In this document: positions 1 through 12,799 of the stretch, one piece after another
Numbering within the stretch: the stretch's first letter is position 1
Layout of the letters: each line of letters begins with the position of its first letter
Assembly (NCBI GenBank): GCA_963714295.1
Contig: CAVQOE010000031.1
Span: forward strand, 197,251-261,250
Direction of reading: 5' to 3'
Length of the DNA stretch: 64,000 nucleotides
Origin: an uncultured Actinomycetota bacterium
GTDB taxonomy: Bacteria; Actinomycetota; Actinomycetes; Streptosporangiales; Streptosporangiaceae
Made by a program: the position numbers and the translations under genes
The notes under the pieces: generated by a model
The model's database searches: none
Seen by the model: the letters and a program-made list of their open reading frames with translations, nothing else
Told to the model about the DNA's origin: nothing

Positions 1-1874
<1,874 letters not shown>

Positions 1875-1876
1875 AC

Positions 1877-2835
1877 ATGGCAGGCAACGATCGGGAGGGC
1901 GGGGTGGCGCCCGTTCAAGTACGCGGGACGGTGCTCACGGTGCGCCGCGTCGATGCGTACGTCGCCATGACCGTGGTCGCCCCGGCGATCGCCACCCGGT
2001 TCAGGCCCGGCCAGTTCATCGCGATCGCGGTGGGCGGCCCGCAGTCGGGCATGCTCGGCCGGCGCACCTTCTCGGTGCACGACGTGCGGCCCGACCACGG
2101 CGGCACGGTGGAGTTCGTGTTCCTGCCGCGCGAGCCGGGCGCGCAGTGGCTGGCCGACTGCCGGGCCCGGGACGTGCTCGACGTGGTGGGGCCGCTCGGC
2201 CGGCCGTTCCCGATGCCCCGTGACCCGGCCTCCTGCCTGCTGCTCGGCGTCGGCGCGGGCGCGCCGCCGTTGTTCGCGCTGGCCTCCCGGCTGGCCGAGC
2301 GCCAGTCGGCCACCGACTTCCTGCTCGGCGCGGAGAGCGCGGACCGGGTGTTCGGCGCGCTGACCGCGCGGCGCACCGGCCGGTCGGCGGTGATCGTCAC
2401 GGCGGACGGGTCGCTCGGCTCGCGCGGGTCGGTGGTGGACATGCTGCCGACCGCCGTCCAGCAGGCGCGCACCGACGTCATCTACGCGTCCGCCCCGGTG
2501 CCGGTGCTGCGCTCGGTGTGCGCGCTGGCGGGGCGGTACGGCATCCCCGTCCAGGCGCTGGTGTCCGAGCCCGCGATGACCTGCGGGACCGGTCTGTGCA
2601 TGGGATGCGTGCTGCCCGCGGTCGGCAACGACGGGGTCACCCGCATGGTCCGCGCGTGCGTGGAGGGCCCGGTCTTCCGCGGCGACCTGGTCCGCTGGGA
2701 CGACGTGGGCACCATCCCGTTCGACGCGCTCGGCGCCCCCGGCTGGAAACCCCGGCCGGGGCCGGCCAGGGCGCCGCGGACGGCGGCGGCGCCGGGCAGG
2801 GCTCGATCACGGAGGGCCGCTCCCATGCCGGCTGA
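1877..2835 (+). CDS. pyrK: Dihydroorotate dehydrogenase electron transfer subunit (reads through into pyrD as sequenced; true stop probably 2835)
   Basis: PGQF, GPLGRPF, MTCGTGLCMGC...RACVEGPVF [2Fe-2S] motif; an alternative frame ends at TGA 2835, overlapping the pyrD ATG. Confidence 0.88.
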
Positions 2836-3784
2836 CCTGCGGACGCGGGTGGGGCACCTGGACCTGCCCTCGCCGATTCTGACCGCCTCCGGCTGCGCCG
2901 GCTCGGGGCGCGAGCTTTCCCACTTCACCGACGTGGCCCGGGTCGGCGCGGTGATCACCAAGTCGGTGACCCTCGAGCCGCGGGCGGGCAACCCGGCCCC
3001 CCGGATGGCGGAGACGCCGAGCGGCCTGCTCTCCTCCGTCGGCCTGCAGGGGCCGGGCCTGGACGGCTTCCTCCAGCGCGACCTGCCGTGGCTGCTGTCG
3101 CGCGGCGCCCGCGCGTTCGTGTCGGTCGCCGGGCACACCAGCCGGGAGTACGGCGAGGTCTCCTCGCGGCTGTCGGACTCGGCCGGGGTCACCGCGCTCG
3201 AGGTCAACCTGGGCTGCCCGGACGCGGCGGCGGCCGGGCGGCCGTTCGCGCTCGACCCCGCGGCGGCGGGCGCCGTGGTGGCCTCGGTCCGGGGCTCCGC
3301 GCGCTACGACATCCCGGTCTTCGCCAAGCTCTCGCCCGAGGTCACCGATATCGTCGCGGTCGCGCGGGCCTGCGTCGCGGCGGGCGCGGACGGCCTGTCC
3401 ATGATCAACACGCTGCCGGGGATGGCCATCGACCCGGTGACCTTCCGCCCGGCCCTGGCCGGGCTGTCCGGCGGGCTGTCGGGCCCGGCGGTCCGCCCGA
3501 TCGCGGTCCGCGCCGTCTGGATGGTCCGCGAGGCGCTGCCGGACGTGCCCATCATCGGCTGCGGCGGCGTGCGGACCGGGCGTGACGCCCTTGAGTTCCT
3601 GCTGGCGGGCGCGTCCATGGTGGCCGTCGGCACGGTGCTCTTCCACGACCCGTCGGCCTGCTCCCGCATCCAGCGCGAGCTCGAGGAGGAGCTGGCCGCG
3701 CGCGGTGTGGACCGGGTCTCGGACGTTGTCGGGCGGGCCCACAAGACCGCCGTGTACGCTACCGAGCGCCGCAGTTGGATGTAA
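2825..3784 (+). CDS. pyrD: Dihydroorotate dehydrogenase B catalytic subunit
   Basis: TASG, KSVT, GNPAPRMAET, EVNLGCP, KLSP, INT, GGLSGPAVRP; GGAGG upstream of ATG 2825. Confidence 0.93.
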   Translation: MPADLRTRVGHLDLPSPILTASGCAGSGRELSHFTDVARVGAVITKSVTLEPRAGNPAPRMAETPSGLLSSVGLQGPGLDGFLQRDLPWLLSRGARAFVSVAGHTSREYGEVSSRLSDSAGVTALEVNLGCPDAAAAGRPFALDPAAAGAVVASVRGSARYDIPVFAKLSPEVTDIVAVARACVAAGADGLSMINTLPGMAIDPVTFRPALAGLSGGLSGPAVRPIAVRAVWMVREALPDVPIIGCGGVRTGRDALEFLLAGASMVAVGTVLFHDPSACSRIQRELEEELAARGVDRVSDVVGRAHKTAVYATERRSWM

Positions 3785-3883
3785 GCAATCAATTACGGGA
3801 TGTGATTTTACATGCCAGGACCTTACCCCGGCGGGCAAACCGACTCTCCCCGCCCAGGGCTCGCCACCAGGCAGGAGAGCGGT

Positions 3884-4621
3884 ATGCCCAGGCCGGGAGC
3901 CGGGAGCAGAGCGCCGGTCGCCGTCGCGCTCGACGCGCCCGACCTGGACACCGCGGCGAACTGGGCGGCGCTGGTCACGCCGTACGTGTCGACCGTCAAG
4001 ATCGGCCTCGAGCTGTACCTGCGCTACGGCCCGGACGTGGTCGCCACGGTGCGCGGGGCGAGCGGGGTCGATGTCTTCCTCGACCTGAAGCTGCATGACA
4101 TCCCGAACACCGTCGCGGGCGCGGCCCGGGCCGTATCCCGGCTGCACCCGGAGATCCTCACCGTGCACGCGGCGGGCGGTACCGACATGATCAAGGCGGC
4201 GGTGGAGTCCGCGCCGGGCACGATGGTGGCCGGGGTGACCCTGCTGACCTCCATCGGCGAGGGCGACCTGGCCGCGCTGGGGGTGCCGGGCACGGTCAGC
4301 GACGCGGTGCGCCGGATGGCGGCGCTGGCCGTCGCGGCGGGCGCCCGCGGGCTGGTCTGCTCCCCGCAAGAGGTCACCGCGGTCCGGGCCGAGGTCGGCC
4401 AGGACATCGTGCTCATCACCCCGGGCATCCGCCCGTCCGGGACGGACAGCAACGACCAGGCCCGCATCGCGACCCCGGAGGAGGCTATCAAGGCCGGCGC
4501 GGACCTGCTGGTGATCGGCCGCCCGATCACCCGGGCGGCCGACCCGGGCGCGGCCGCCGCCGCGATCGGCACCTCGCTGCGCCGCGCGGCGGGCGGCGGC
4601 CGGAACGGCCACGGCGCCTAG
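3884..4621 (+). CDS. pyrF: Orotidine-5'-phosphate decarboxylase
   Basis: VALD, FLDLKLHDIPNTV, TPGIR, VIGRPIT; start placed at ATG 3884 after AGGAG. Confidence 0.96.
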   Translation: MPRPGAGSRAPVAVALDAPDLDTAANWAALVTPYVSTVKIGLELYLRYGPDVVATVRGASGVDVFLDLKLHDIPNTVAGAARAVSRLHPEILTVHAAGGTDMIKAAVESAPGTMVAGVTLLTSIGEGDLAALGVPGTVSDAVRRMAALAVAAGARGLVCSPQEVTAVRAEVGQDIVLITPGIRPSGTDSNDQARIATPEEAIKAGADLLVIGRPITRAADPGAAAAAIGTSLRRAAGGGRNGHGA

Positions 4622-5312
4622 GCGGGCAGGACCGGCCAACTTACCCGGAACGGCAGTGCGGGGGTCGGCATCGGTCACACTGGCATCAAGCGTTGACCTG
4701 TGACCGGAGATGTGTTCGGCGTAACAAACCCTACCTGCGGCGATTCACTGGAGCGGACCTGTAATCACGACGTTCCTGTGGGTAAAATGTCCATCCAGGG
4801 CAACGTGAACGCGGGACATCGCCACATATGAAGAGACACGACATGACTTCCCATAAATCACATATGTCACTCAAAGGTGATTTCGTCGCATCGGCTCACG
4901 CCTGCCAGGGCGGCACGGGCCGGGGCCGGCACCTCGCTGGGCTGGCCTTTGCGCCGGTGCGTCCCGGCTTCGTCGCTGCGTGTATGGTTAAGACGCCGGA
5001 TGGCGCAGTGGCCTCGGGGGCCGGCAAGCCAGGCCCGGTTGGGCAGCCGGAATCGGACAAAGGGAATATTTTTCCGATGGCAGGGAAGCGGTTGAGCAGT
5101 GGCGCGCGGTGCGCCGCCTATCTCACCGGGCGAGAGTCGGACAGGGCACGGGACCTGCCCGTCGCTACGTTGAGTAGTAATGCGAGTGTACAGAGTAATA
5201 TATTTGGATTTGTGATGACATAAACGGAGGTTCGCGTTGCCGAAAGGCGTTTAACTCGCTAGTTTCCCCTCCCGTCCACCCTTTTTTACGACGAAACCCG
5301 AGGTGACCCCGA

Positions 5313-5633
5313 GTGGCTCTTCCTCCCCTCACTCCCGAACAGCGCGCAGAGGCCTTGCAGAAGGCCGCGATAGCGCGCAAGGAACGTGCCGAGGTTAAAA
5401 ATCGCCTCAAGCGCGGCGCGGTGACCCTGTCCGAGGTGATCAAGGACGGTTCAACCGACGACGTCATTGGCAAGATGAAGGTCTCCGCCCTCCTGGAGTC
5501 CCTGCCTGGCGTCGGCAAGGTCCGTGCAAAGCAGATCATGGAGCGGCTCGGCATCGCCGAGTCGCGCCGCGTGCGCGGGCTCGGCGCCAACCAGCGCGCC
5601 GCGCTTGAGCAGGAGTTCGGTGCGGATCTCTGA
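5313..5633 (+). CDS. mihF: Actinobacterial integration host factor (mIHF/sIHF)
   Basis: MALPPLTPEQR...KVSALLESLPGVGKVRAKQIMERLGIAESRRVRGLG; conserved position before gmk. Confidence 0.96.
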   Translation: MALPPLTPEQRAEALQKAAIARKERAEVKNRLKRGAVTLSEVIKDGSTDDVIGKMKVSALLESLPGVGKVRAKQIMERLGIAESRRVRGLGANQRAALEQEFGADL

Positions 5634-5662
5634 CGCAGGCGGGACCGTACTGAGCCGGCCGG

Positions 5663-6343
5663 GTGGGCGGCCGGTCCGGGCGCGAGGACATGGTCGGCGC
5701 GCCCGGCGGTAAGGCGCGCGGGACCGGCGCCGCGGGGAAAGCGGCGCCGGCCGGCGCCGACCATCCCGCAGTGGCGAAGAATTCGCGACTGACTGTGCTC
5801 TCCGGGCCTTCTGGGGTCGGGAAGAGCACAGTCGTCGCGGAACTCCGGCGCCGTTCGCCGGAGATCTGGATTTCCGTTTCCGTCACCACTCGAAGGCCTC
5901 GGCCGGGAGAAGTGGACGGGCGGGAATATTACTTTGTGAGTCACGAAGAGTTTGACCGCATGGTGTCCGCCGGAGAACTTCTCGAGTGGGCCGAGTTCGC
6001 GGGAAACAAATACGGCACGCCCGCCGCGCCAGTGCGGGAGAGACTCGAGCAGGGGCTGCCGACCCTGCTCGAGATCGACCTCGCGGGCGCCAGGCAGGTC
6101 CGGGCGGCCACCAAGCGGGACGACACGCTGCTGGTGTTCCTCGAGCCGCCATCCTGGTCGGAGCTGGTCCGCCGGCTGACCGGGCGGGGCACCGAGCCGC
6201 CCGAGGTGGTGCGGCGCCGCCTGGCGGTGGCGAAGGAGGAGCTCGCAGCGGCCGGCGAGTTCGACGTGACGCTGGTGAACACATCTGTCGATGAGGTTTG
6301 CCGGCAGATGGTAACGTTGATTGTTCAGCCAGATAATCAGTGA
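5663..6343 (+). CDS. gmk: Guanylate kinase (true start may be downstream)
   Basis: [12 protein letters not shown]-loop, [21 protein letters not shown]. Confidence 0.96.
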   Translation: MGGRSGREDMVGAPGGKARGTGAAGKAAPAGADHPAVAKNSRLTVLSGPSGVGKSTVVAELRRRSPEIWISVSVTTRRPRPGEVDGREYYFVSHEEFDRMVSAGELLEWAEFAGNKYGTPAAPVRERLEQGLPTLLEIDLAGARQVRAATKRDDTLLVFLEPPSWSELVRRLTGRGTEPPEVVRRRLAVAKEELAAAGEFDVTLVNTSVDEVCRQMVTLIVQPDNQ

Positions 6344-6355
6344 GGAAGGCGACAC

Positions 6356-6616
6356 GTGGCAGTCACCCAGGGCGCAGACGGCATCATCAACCCGCCCATC
6401 GACGAGCTGCTTGGCGTCGTCGACAGCAAGTACCGGCTGGTGATCCTGGCGGCCAAGCGGGCTCGTCAGATCAACGCCTACTACTCGCAGCTCGGCGAGG
6501 GCCTGCTGGAGTACGTCGGCCCGCTGGTGGAGACCCGGGTGCAGGAGAAGCCGCTGTCGATCGCGCTCCGCGAGACCCGCGAAGGCATGCTGAAGGTCGA
6601 GCAGATCGAGGGCTAA
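6356..6616 (+). CDS. rpoZ: RNA polymerase omega subunit
   Basis: PPIDELL...[17 protein letters not shown]...[10 protein letters not shown]. Confidence 0.97.
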   Translation: MAVTQGADGIINPPIDELLGVVDSKYRLVILAAKRARQINAYYSQLGEGLLEYVGPLVETRVQEKPLSIALRETREGMLKVEQIEG

Positions 6617-6625
6617 GCCCCCGTC

Positions 6626-7834
6626 ATGGCCCGCGTCATCCTCGGCGTAGGCGCCGGAATAGCCGCGTACAAGGCCTGCGAGCTGCTCCGCCTGCTCAAG
6701 GAGTCGGGCCATAGCGTCCGCGTCGTGCCGACCCCCGACGCGCTCCGCTTCGTCGGCGAGCCGACCTGGTCGGCGCTGTCGGGCGAACCGGTGACGACCG
6801 ACGTGTGGACCGGCGTGGCCGAGGTCCCGCACGTCAAGCTCGGCCAGAACGCGGATCTGGTACTGGTCGCCCCGGCCACCGCGGACGTTCTCGCCCGCGC
6901 CGCCGCGGGCATGTCCAACGACCTGCTCACCGCGACCCTGCTCACCGCGCGCTGCCCGGTCGTCTATGCCCCCGCCATGCACACCGAGATGTGGGAGCAC
7001 CCGGCCACCCAGGAGAACGCCGCCACCCTCCGCCGCCGGGGCGCGATCGTGGTCGAGCCCGCCGTCGGCCGGCTCACCGGCAAGGACAGCGGCCAGGGGC
7101 GCCTGCCGGAACCGGCGGAACTGTTCGCGCTGGCGGAAAAGATCCTGGCGTCGGGAACGGACGCGTCGCTCTCCCCCCTGGCCGGCCGTACCGTGCTGAT
7201 CTCGGCCGGCGGCACCCGCGAGGAGCTCGACCCGGTCCGGTTCCTCGGCAACTGGTCGACCGGCACCCAGGGGTACGCGTTCGCCCGGTCCGCGGTCGCC
7301 CGCGGGGCCGGCGTCACCCTGGTCGCCGCCAACGTGGAACTGCCCGACCCGGCCGGCGCGAAGGTCGTCCGGGTCGTGTCGGCGCGGGACATGCACGCGG
7401 CGATGCTCGCGGCGGCGCCGCACGCGGACGCGATCGTGATGACCGCGGCGGTGGCCGACTTCCGCCCGGCCGCGCGCGCCGGGCAGAAGATCAAGAAGGA
7501 CGGCCGGCTGCCCGAGCCGATCACGCTGACCGAGAACCCCGACATCCTCGCCGACCTGTCCGCCCGCCGCGCCGCGAGCGGCCCGGCGGGCCAGCTGATC
7601 GTCGGCTTCGCGGCCGAGACGGACCCGGACCTGGACGTCGCCCGGGCCAAGCTGGCCAGGAAGGGCTGCGACTTCCTGGTCATGAACCAGGTCGGCGGCG
7701 GCCTCGGGTTCGGCGCGGGCGACAACGAGGCGGTCGTGCTGGCCGCCGACGGCACCGTCACGCCGATACCGCGCCGGTCCAAGGACGCCCTCGCGGATTT
7801 CGTCTGGGGTCTGGTCGCCGCCGGGCTCGGCTGA
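6626..7834 (+). CDS. coaBC: Phosphopantothenoylcysteine decarboxylase/ligase
   Basis: GIAAYK, APATA, PAMHTEMW, GGTREELDPVRFLGN, AAVADF, VGFAAET. Confidence 0.96.
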   Translation: MARVILGVGAGIAAYKACELLRLLKESGHSVRVVPTPDALRFVGEPTWSALSGEPVTTDVWTGVAEVPHVKLGQNADLVLVAPATADVLARAAAGMSNDLLTATLLTARCPVVYAPAMHTEMWEHPATQENAATLRRRGAIVVEPAVGRLTGKDSGQGRLPEPAELFALAEKILASGTDASLSPLAGRTVLISAGGTREELDPVRFLGNWSTGTQGYAFARSAVARGAGVTLVAANVELPDPAGAKVVRVVSARDMHAAMLAAAPHADAIVMTAAVADFRPAARAGQKIKKDGRLPEPITLTENPDILADLSARRAASGPAGQLIVGFAAETDPDLDVARAKLARKGCDFLVMNQVGGGLGFGAGDNEAVVLAADGTVTPIPRRSKDALADFVWGLVAAGLG

Positions 7835-7944
7835 CGGGCACGGCCGGACCGGCCCGGCTGACTGTCGCGCTTTCCGACGAACTGACGGGCCGGTGCACTA
7901 GACTTCGGCTGGTCAATTGACCTAACGGATGGAGAAGATCGAAC

Positions 7945-9138
7945 GTGGCCCGTCGGCTATTTACCTCGGAGTCGGTTACCGAAGGCCACCCAGACAAGAT
8001 GGCCGACCAGATTAGCGACGCCATCCTGGACGCGATGCTGAAGGACGACCCGGAAAGCCATGTCGCGGTCGAGACGCTTATCACGACCGGTCAGGTGCAT
8101 GTGGCGGGCGAGGTGACCACCAAGACCTACGTGGACATCCCCGGCCTCATCCGGTCGAAGATCCTGGAGATCGGCTACGACTCCTCGGCCAAGGGCTACG
8201 ACGGCGCGTCCTGCGGCGTCTCGGTCTCCATCGGCTCGCAGTCGCCGGACATCGCCCAGGGCGTGTCCGACGCGTTCGAGTACCGCGAGGGCGAGGGCAG
8301 CGACGACTACGACCGGCAGGGCGCGGGTGACCAGGGGCTGATGTTCGGCTACGCCAGCCGGGAGACCCCCGAGCTGATGCCGCTGCCGATCATGATGGCC
8401 CACCGGCTGGCGCGCCAGCTGTCGGCCGTGCGCCGCTCCGGCACGGTGCCCTACCTGCGCCCGGACGGCAAGACCCAGGTCACGATCGAGTACGCGGGCG
8501 ACAAGCCGGTGCGGCTGGACACGGTGGTCGTCTCCACCCAGCATGCCCCCGACATCAACCTCAAGGAACTTCTCGCCCCCGACATCAAGGACTACGTCGT
8601 CGACCCGGTGCTCGCGGGCTTCGACATCGACACCACCGGGTTCCGGCTGCTGGTCAACCCGACCGGCCGGTTCGAGATCGGCGGCCCGATGGGCGACGCC
8701 GGGCTGACCGGCCGCAAGATCATCATCGACACCTACGGCGGCATGGCCAGGCACGGCGGCGGCGCCTTCTCCGGCAAGGACCCGTCCAAGGTGGACCGCA
8801 GCGCCGCCTACGCGATGCGCTGGGTGGCCAAGAACGTGGTCGCCGCCGGGCTGGCCGACCGGTGCGAGGCCCAGGTCGCGTACGCGATCGGCAAGGCCAA
8901 GCCGGTCGGCCTGTTCATCGAGTGCTTCGGCACCGAGAAGGTACCGGTCGAGCGGATCCAGGACGCGGTGACGGAGGTCTTCGACCTGCGGCCGCGGGCG
9001 ATCATCGCCGATCTCGACCTGCTCCGCCCGATCTACTCCCAGACCGCCGCCTACGGCCACTTCGGCCGGACCGAGCCGGACTTCACCTGGGAGCGCACCG
9101 AACGCGCCGCCCTGCTCCGCGCCGCTGTCGGCCTCTAG
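7945..9138 (+). CDS. metK: S-adenosylmethionine synthetase
   Basis: [37 protein letters not shown]. Confidence 0.99.
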   Translation: MARRLFTSESVTEGHPDKMADQISDAILDAMLKDDPESHVAVETLITTGQVHVAGEVTTKTYVDIPGLIRSKILEIGYDSSAKGYDGASCGVSVSIGSQSPDIAQGVSDAFEYREGEGSDDYDRQGAGDQGLMFGYASRETPELMPLPIMMAHRLARQLSAVRRSGTVPYLRPDGKTQVTIEYAGDKPVRLDTVVVSTQHAPDINLKELLAPDIKDYVVDPVLAGFDIDTTGFRLLVNPTGRFEIGGPMGDAGLTGRKIIIDTYGGMARHGGGAFSGKDPSKVDRSAAYAMRWVAKNVVAAGLADRCEAQVAYAIGKAKPVGLFIECFGTEKVPVERIQDAVTEVFDLRPRAIIADLDLLRPIYSQTAAYGHFGRTEPDFTWERTERAALLRAAVGL

Positions 9139-9612
9139 GCCGCATCCCGCCCTTCCGCCCCCGCGCCCGCCTCCGCCCCCGGCTAGTGCCCGCGCGGGGG
9201 CGTGGCGTACCGCACGTCGACTACTTAACGGCGTTGGATGGTTATTGATAGTGATTATTGACCAAGAATGATCTTGGGGCATGTTGGCGTTTCCCCGGGG
9301 TAGCAGACGCGTGCCGAAGCGGTGGCCCCGTTCCTTTGGGCGGCGGTGTTCTGCGGCATTAGCGGACGCGGAAGTGTATGGGCCGGACGCTACCTAGGTC
9401 GAGCAAGCCGTGCAGATGCGTATGCGTATGAAAGTGCAAAATGCGATGCGGATGCACGTGCATGCGCTAAGATCAGTCCTGTAAGTCCGGGGGGATTAAC
9501 AGAGAACAAGCCGGGGTCGTAAGCGCTTCGCGCCGGGCCCCCGTGCCCTGGTCCCGTGAGCGGCAGGAGCCGGCCAACGGGCGGGGTTATACCCGTCAGG
9601 AGACGAGAAACG

Positions 9613-9849
9613 ATGCAGGACATTCATAACGGGATCAGCGCAACGGAGCTTGAGGGCGCGATTTGGCGCAAGAGCCAGCGCAGCAACTCCCAGGGTGCGT
9701 GCGTGGAGCTCGCTCGCCTGGACTCGGCCACCGTCGCCATGCGCAACTCGCGCGACCCGCGCGGCACCGCCCTGATCTACCCGGCCACGGCAGTCCGGGC
9801 CATGGTCGGTGCGCTCCGCTCCGGCGAGTTCAACTACCTGATCGGCTAA
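9613..9849 (+). CDS. DUF397 family protein
   Basis: WRKSQRSNSQGACVELA...VAMRNSRDP...GEF signature. Confidence 0.9.
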   Translation: MQDIHNGISATELEGAIWRKSQRSNSQGACVELARLDSATVAMRNSRDPRGTALIYPATAVRAMVGALRSGEFNYLIG

Positions 9850-9997
9850 TCAAGGCCGATTGGGCAGCAAGGCCCGCGGATTGGCTCATCTTGGCTGTCC
9901 CTCTGCGACGTTGCCAGGGCGAGTCCGCGTGCGGCCGGGCACGGGTGATTGCGGCTCCCCGTGCCCGGCCGTATGTGTTATCTGGTAGGACGGGAGC

Positions 9998-12166
9998 GTG
10001 GCGGAAACTCGGAACGACGGCGCACTCGACCTGTTGCCGGACATGCCGCCAGTAAAGCCCGCAAAAGCCCCGGATATCCCTGAAGGCGGCGGAAACGCCA
10101 GCGGGACAAAAAAGGCAAAAAGGTCGAAGGATGCACGAACCCTCAGGCCCGCCGCCGATCGTCCGGTGGCCAGGATCGCCGTTGACATGCCGCTGGCGCA
10201 TCTGGACCGGCCCTTCGACTACCTAGTTCCGGAACGGCTCGCGGCCGCGGCCAGGCCCGGCGCCCGGGTGCGGGTCAGGTTCGCCGGCCAGCTCACCGAT
10301 GGCTTCATCCTTGACCGGGTCGACAGCAGCGAGCATCAGGGCAGGCTCAGCTACCTGGAGCGGGTCGTCTCGGCCGAGCAGGTGCTGACCCCGGAGATCG
10401 CCGGGCTGGCGCGCGCCGTCGCCGACCGCTACGCGGGCACCCTGGCCGACGTGCTCCGCCTCGCGATCCCGCAGCGCCACGCGGCCACCGAGACGGGCAA
10501 GGCGGCCGGCGCCCCGCCCGCCGCGAGCCCGGACGCGGGACCAGAACCGGCGGGCGGCCCGCCGCCCCGGCCGGCGCCCGGCCCGTGGGCCAGGTACCCG
10601 GCCGGCCCCGCCTTCCTCGACGCGGTCGCGGCCGGCCGCCCGGCCCGCGCCGCCTGGACCGCGCTCCCCGGGCCGGCCTGGCCGGAGGAGATCGCCCGCG
10701 CCGCCGTGACCGCCGCCAGCGCGGGCCGCGGCGCCGTCATCGTCGTGCCGGACGCGCGTGACCTGGCCCGCGTCGACGAGGCGCTGGCGGCGCTGAGCGG
10801 CGGCCGCGATGACTACGTCACGCTGACCGCCGATCTGGGCCCGGCCGAACGGTACCGCCGCTGGCTCAGGGCGCGCCGCGGCCAGGCGCGGATCGTCGCC
10901 GGCACCCGCGCGGCCATGTTCGCCCCGGTCAGGAACCTGGGCCTGGTGGTGCTCTGGGATGACGGCGACGACCTGCACGCCGAGCCGCGCGCCCCGTACC
11001 CCAACGCCCGCGAGGTGCTCGCGCTGCGCGCCCACCGGGCCGGCGCCGCCGCGCTCATCGGCGGGTTCGCCCGCACCGCCGAGCTGGCGCAGCTCGTGCA
11101 GGCCGGCTGGGCACGGGACCTGACCCCGGAACGGGCCATGCTCCGCGCCACCGCCGCCCGGGTGCGTCCGGCCGCCGACGAGCGGGAGCTCGGCCGGGAC
11201 GAGGCGGCCACCACGGCCCGGCTGCCCGGCCTCGCGCTCCGCACCGCCCGCGCCGCGCTGGAAACGGGCGGCCCGGTTCTGGTCCAGGTACCCAGGCGCG
11301 GCTACCTCGCCGCCATCGCCTGCGGCCGCTGCCGGGCCCAGGCCAGGTGCGTCGCCCTCATCGGGGACATGCCCTGCAACGGGCCGCTGCGGCTGGCCGG
11401 CCAGCACGCCACGCCGGACTGCCGCTGGTGCGGCGCGCTGGCGGCCAGCTGGCGCTGCGCGGCCTGCGGGCACGACCGGATCCGCGCCGTCGTCACCGGC
11501 GCCACCCGCACCGCCGAGGAACTCGGCCGGGCGTTCCCCGGGGTCACGGTGCGCTCGTCCGGCGGCGACCTGGTGCTGCCGGCCGTCCCCGACGAGCCCG
11601 CGCTGGTCATCGCCACGCCCGGCGCCGAACCGCTGGCCGCCTACGCCGCCGCCCTGCTGCTTGACGGCTGGGCGCTGCTCGGCCGGCCGAGCCTGCGCGC
11701 GGGGGAGGAGGCCCTGCGCCGCTGGCTCGCCGCCGCCGCCCTGGTCCGGCCGGACGGCACGGTGCTCATCCACGCCGACCAGTCCCTCGCGGCCACCCAG
11801 GCGCTGATCCGCTGGGATCCGGTGACGTTCGCGGAGCGGGAGCTGGCCGAGCGGTCCGAGCTCGGCTTCCCCCCTGCCGTCCGGATGGCCGCGGTGACCG
11901 GTGCGGTGGCCGCGGTGGCCGCCATCCTGGCCGGCACCGACCCCGCGTTCGAGGTGCTCGGCCCGGTCCCGGCCGAGCCCGCCGGGCCCGGCGGGCCGGA
12001 GCAGGGGCCGGACACCGCCGGCGACCAGGTCCGTGCCCTGGTCCGGACGTCCAGGGCGCGCGGGGCGGAGCTGGCCCGCGCGCTGGCGGCGGCCCAGGCC
12101 GGGCGCAGCGCCCGCAAGGAAGGCGGCGGCGTGCGGGTGCAGCTGGATCCGGCGGAGCTGATCTAG
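9998..12166 (+). CDS. priA: Primosomal protein N' (actinobacterial type)
   Basis: HLDRPFDYLVP, RVRVRFAG, GTRAAMFAP, VPRRGY, CxxC zinc clusters, ELGFPP, VQLDP; position after metK. Confidence 0.93.
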   Translation: MAETRNDGALDLLPDMPPVKPAKAPDIPEGGGNASGTKKAKRSKDARTLRPAADRPVARIAVDMPLAHLDRPFDYLVPERLAAAARPGARVRVRFAGQLTDGFILDRVDSSEHQGRLSYLERVVSAEQVLTPEIAGLARAVADRYAGTLADVLRLAIPQRHAATETGKAAGAPPAASPDAGPEPAGGPPPRPAPGPWARYPAGPAFLDAVAAGRPARAAWTALPGPAWPEEIARAAVTAASAGRGAVIVVPDARDLARVDEALAALSGGRDDYVTLTADLGPAERYRRWLRARRGQARIVAGTRAAMFAPVRNLGLVVLWDDGDDLHAEPRAPYPNAREVLALRAHRAGAAALIGGFARTAELAQLVQAGWARDLTPERAMLRATAARVRPAADERELGRDEAATTARLPGLALRTARAALETGGPVLVQVPRRGYLAAIACGRCRAQARCVALIGDMPCNGPLRLAGQHATPDCRWCGALAASWRCAACGHDRIRAVVTGATRTAEELGRAFPGVTVRSSGGDLVLPAVPDEPALVIATPGAEPLAAYAAALLLDGWALLGRPSLRAGEEALRRWLAAAALVRPDGTVLIHADQSLAATQALIRWDPVTFAERELAERSELGFPPAVRMAAVTGAVAAVAAILAGTDPAFEVLGPVPAEPAGPGGPEQGPDTAGDQVRALVRTSRARGAELARALAAAQAGRSARKEGGGVRVQLDPAELI

Positions 12167-12247
12167 CGCCCCGATAGAATCGGTGGTGAACACGCGCTTG
12201 CCATCGGGGGACAGGCGTCACGCCGCCGTCGCGAAGGGATTTCTCAG

Positions 12248-12787
12248 TTGCTCAGGGACATCAAGCTCTTCGGTGACCCCGTGCTTCGCACCCCTGCCGA
12301 GCCGGTGGTTGACTTCGACCGGGAGCTGCGCAACCTCGTTGCCGACCTCACCGAGACGATGCTTGACGCGCCCGGCGTCGGCCTGGCCGCGCCGCAGATC
12401 GGGGTCGGCCTGCGCGTCTTCACCTACCACGTCGATGACGAGCCCGGCCACCTGGTCAACCCGGTGCTGAAGCTCGAGGGCGAGGAAGAGGAAGACGATG
12501 AGGGCTGCCTGTCGCTGCCGGGCCTGCAGTTCCCGACGCCGCGCGCGCCGCGCGTCATCGCGGCCGGCTTCAACATGCACGGCGACCCGGTGACGATCGA
12601 GGGCACCGAGCTGCTCGCGCGCTGCGTGCAGCACGAGACGGACCACCTGGACGGCATCTTGTTTATCGACCGGCTCGACCGCAAGCAGCGCAAGCTGGCG
12701 ATGAAGGCGATCAGGGAGGCCGAGTGGTCCGGCCTGGCCATCCCCGAGGTCAAGCTATCCCCGCACTCCACGCAGCGGATTTCCTGA
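12248..12787 (+). CDS. def: Peptide deformylase
   Basis: GVGLAAPQIG, EGCLS, QHETDHLDG. Confidence 0.97.
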   Translation: MLRDIKLFGDPVLRTPAEPVVDFDRELRNLVADLTETMLDAPGVGLAAPQIGVGLRVFTYHVDDEPGHLVNPVLKLEGEEEEDDEGCLSLPGLQFPTPRAPRVIAAGFNMHGDPVTIEGTELLARCVQHETDHLDGILFIDRLDRKQRKLAMKAIREAEWSGLAIPEVKLSPHSTQRIS

Positions 12788-12799
12788 GGGGCGGGCCAG

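Noticed and set aside
1877-3784. Apparent PyrK-PyrD fusion protein (635 aa)
   Set aside because: An RBS and ATG at 2825 with an overlapping TGA at 2835 in another frame is the usual coupled two-gene layout; one indel in the GC-rich linker explains the read-through. Read inspection would settle it.
4828-5223. 131-aa ORF upstream of mihF
   Set aside because: Atypical codon usage and no recognisable domain; more likely regulatory DNA.
2807-9282. Long antisense ORFs (e.g. 2807-4678, 5165-7423, 7957-9282)
   Set aside because: Shadow ORFs typical of high-GC DNA opposite well-supported genes; no recognisable motifs.
9998-12166. PriA lacking clear Walker A/DEAH motifs
   Set aside because: Helicase-degenerate PriA is a known actinobacterial trait.
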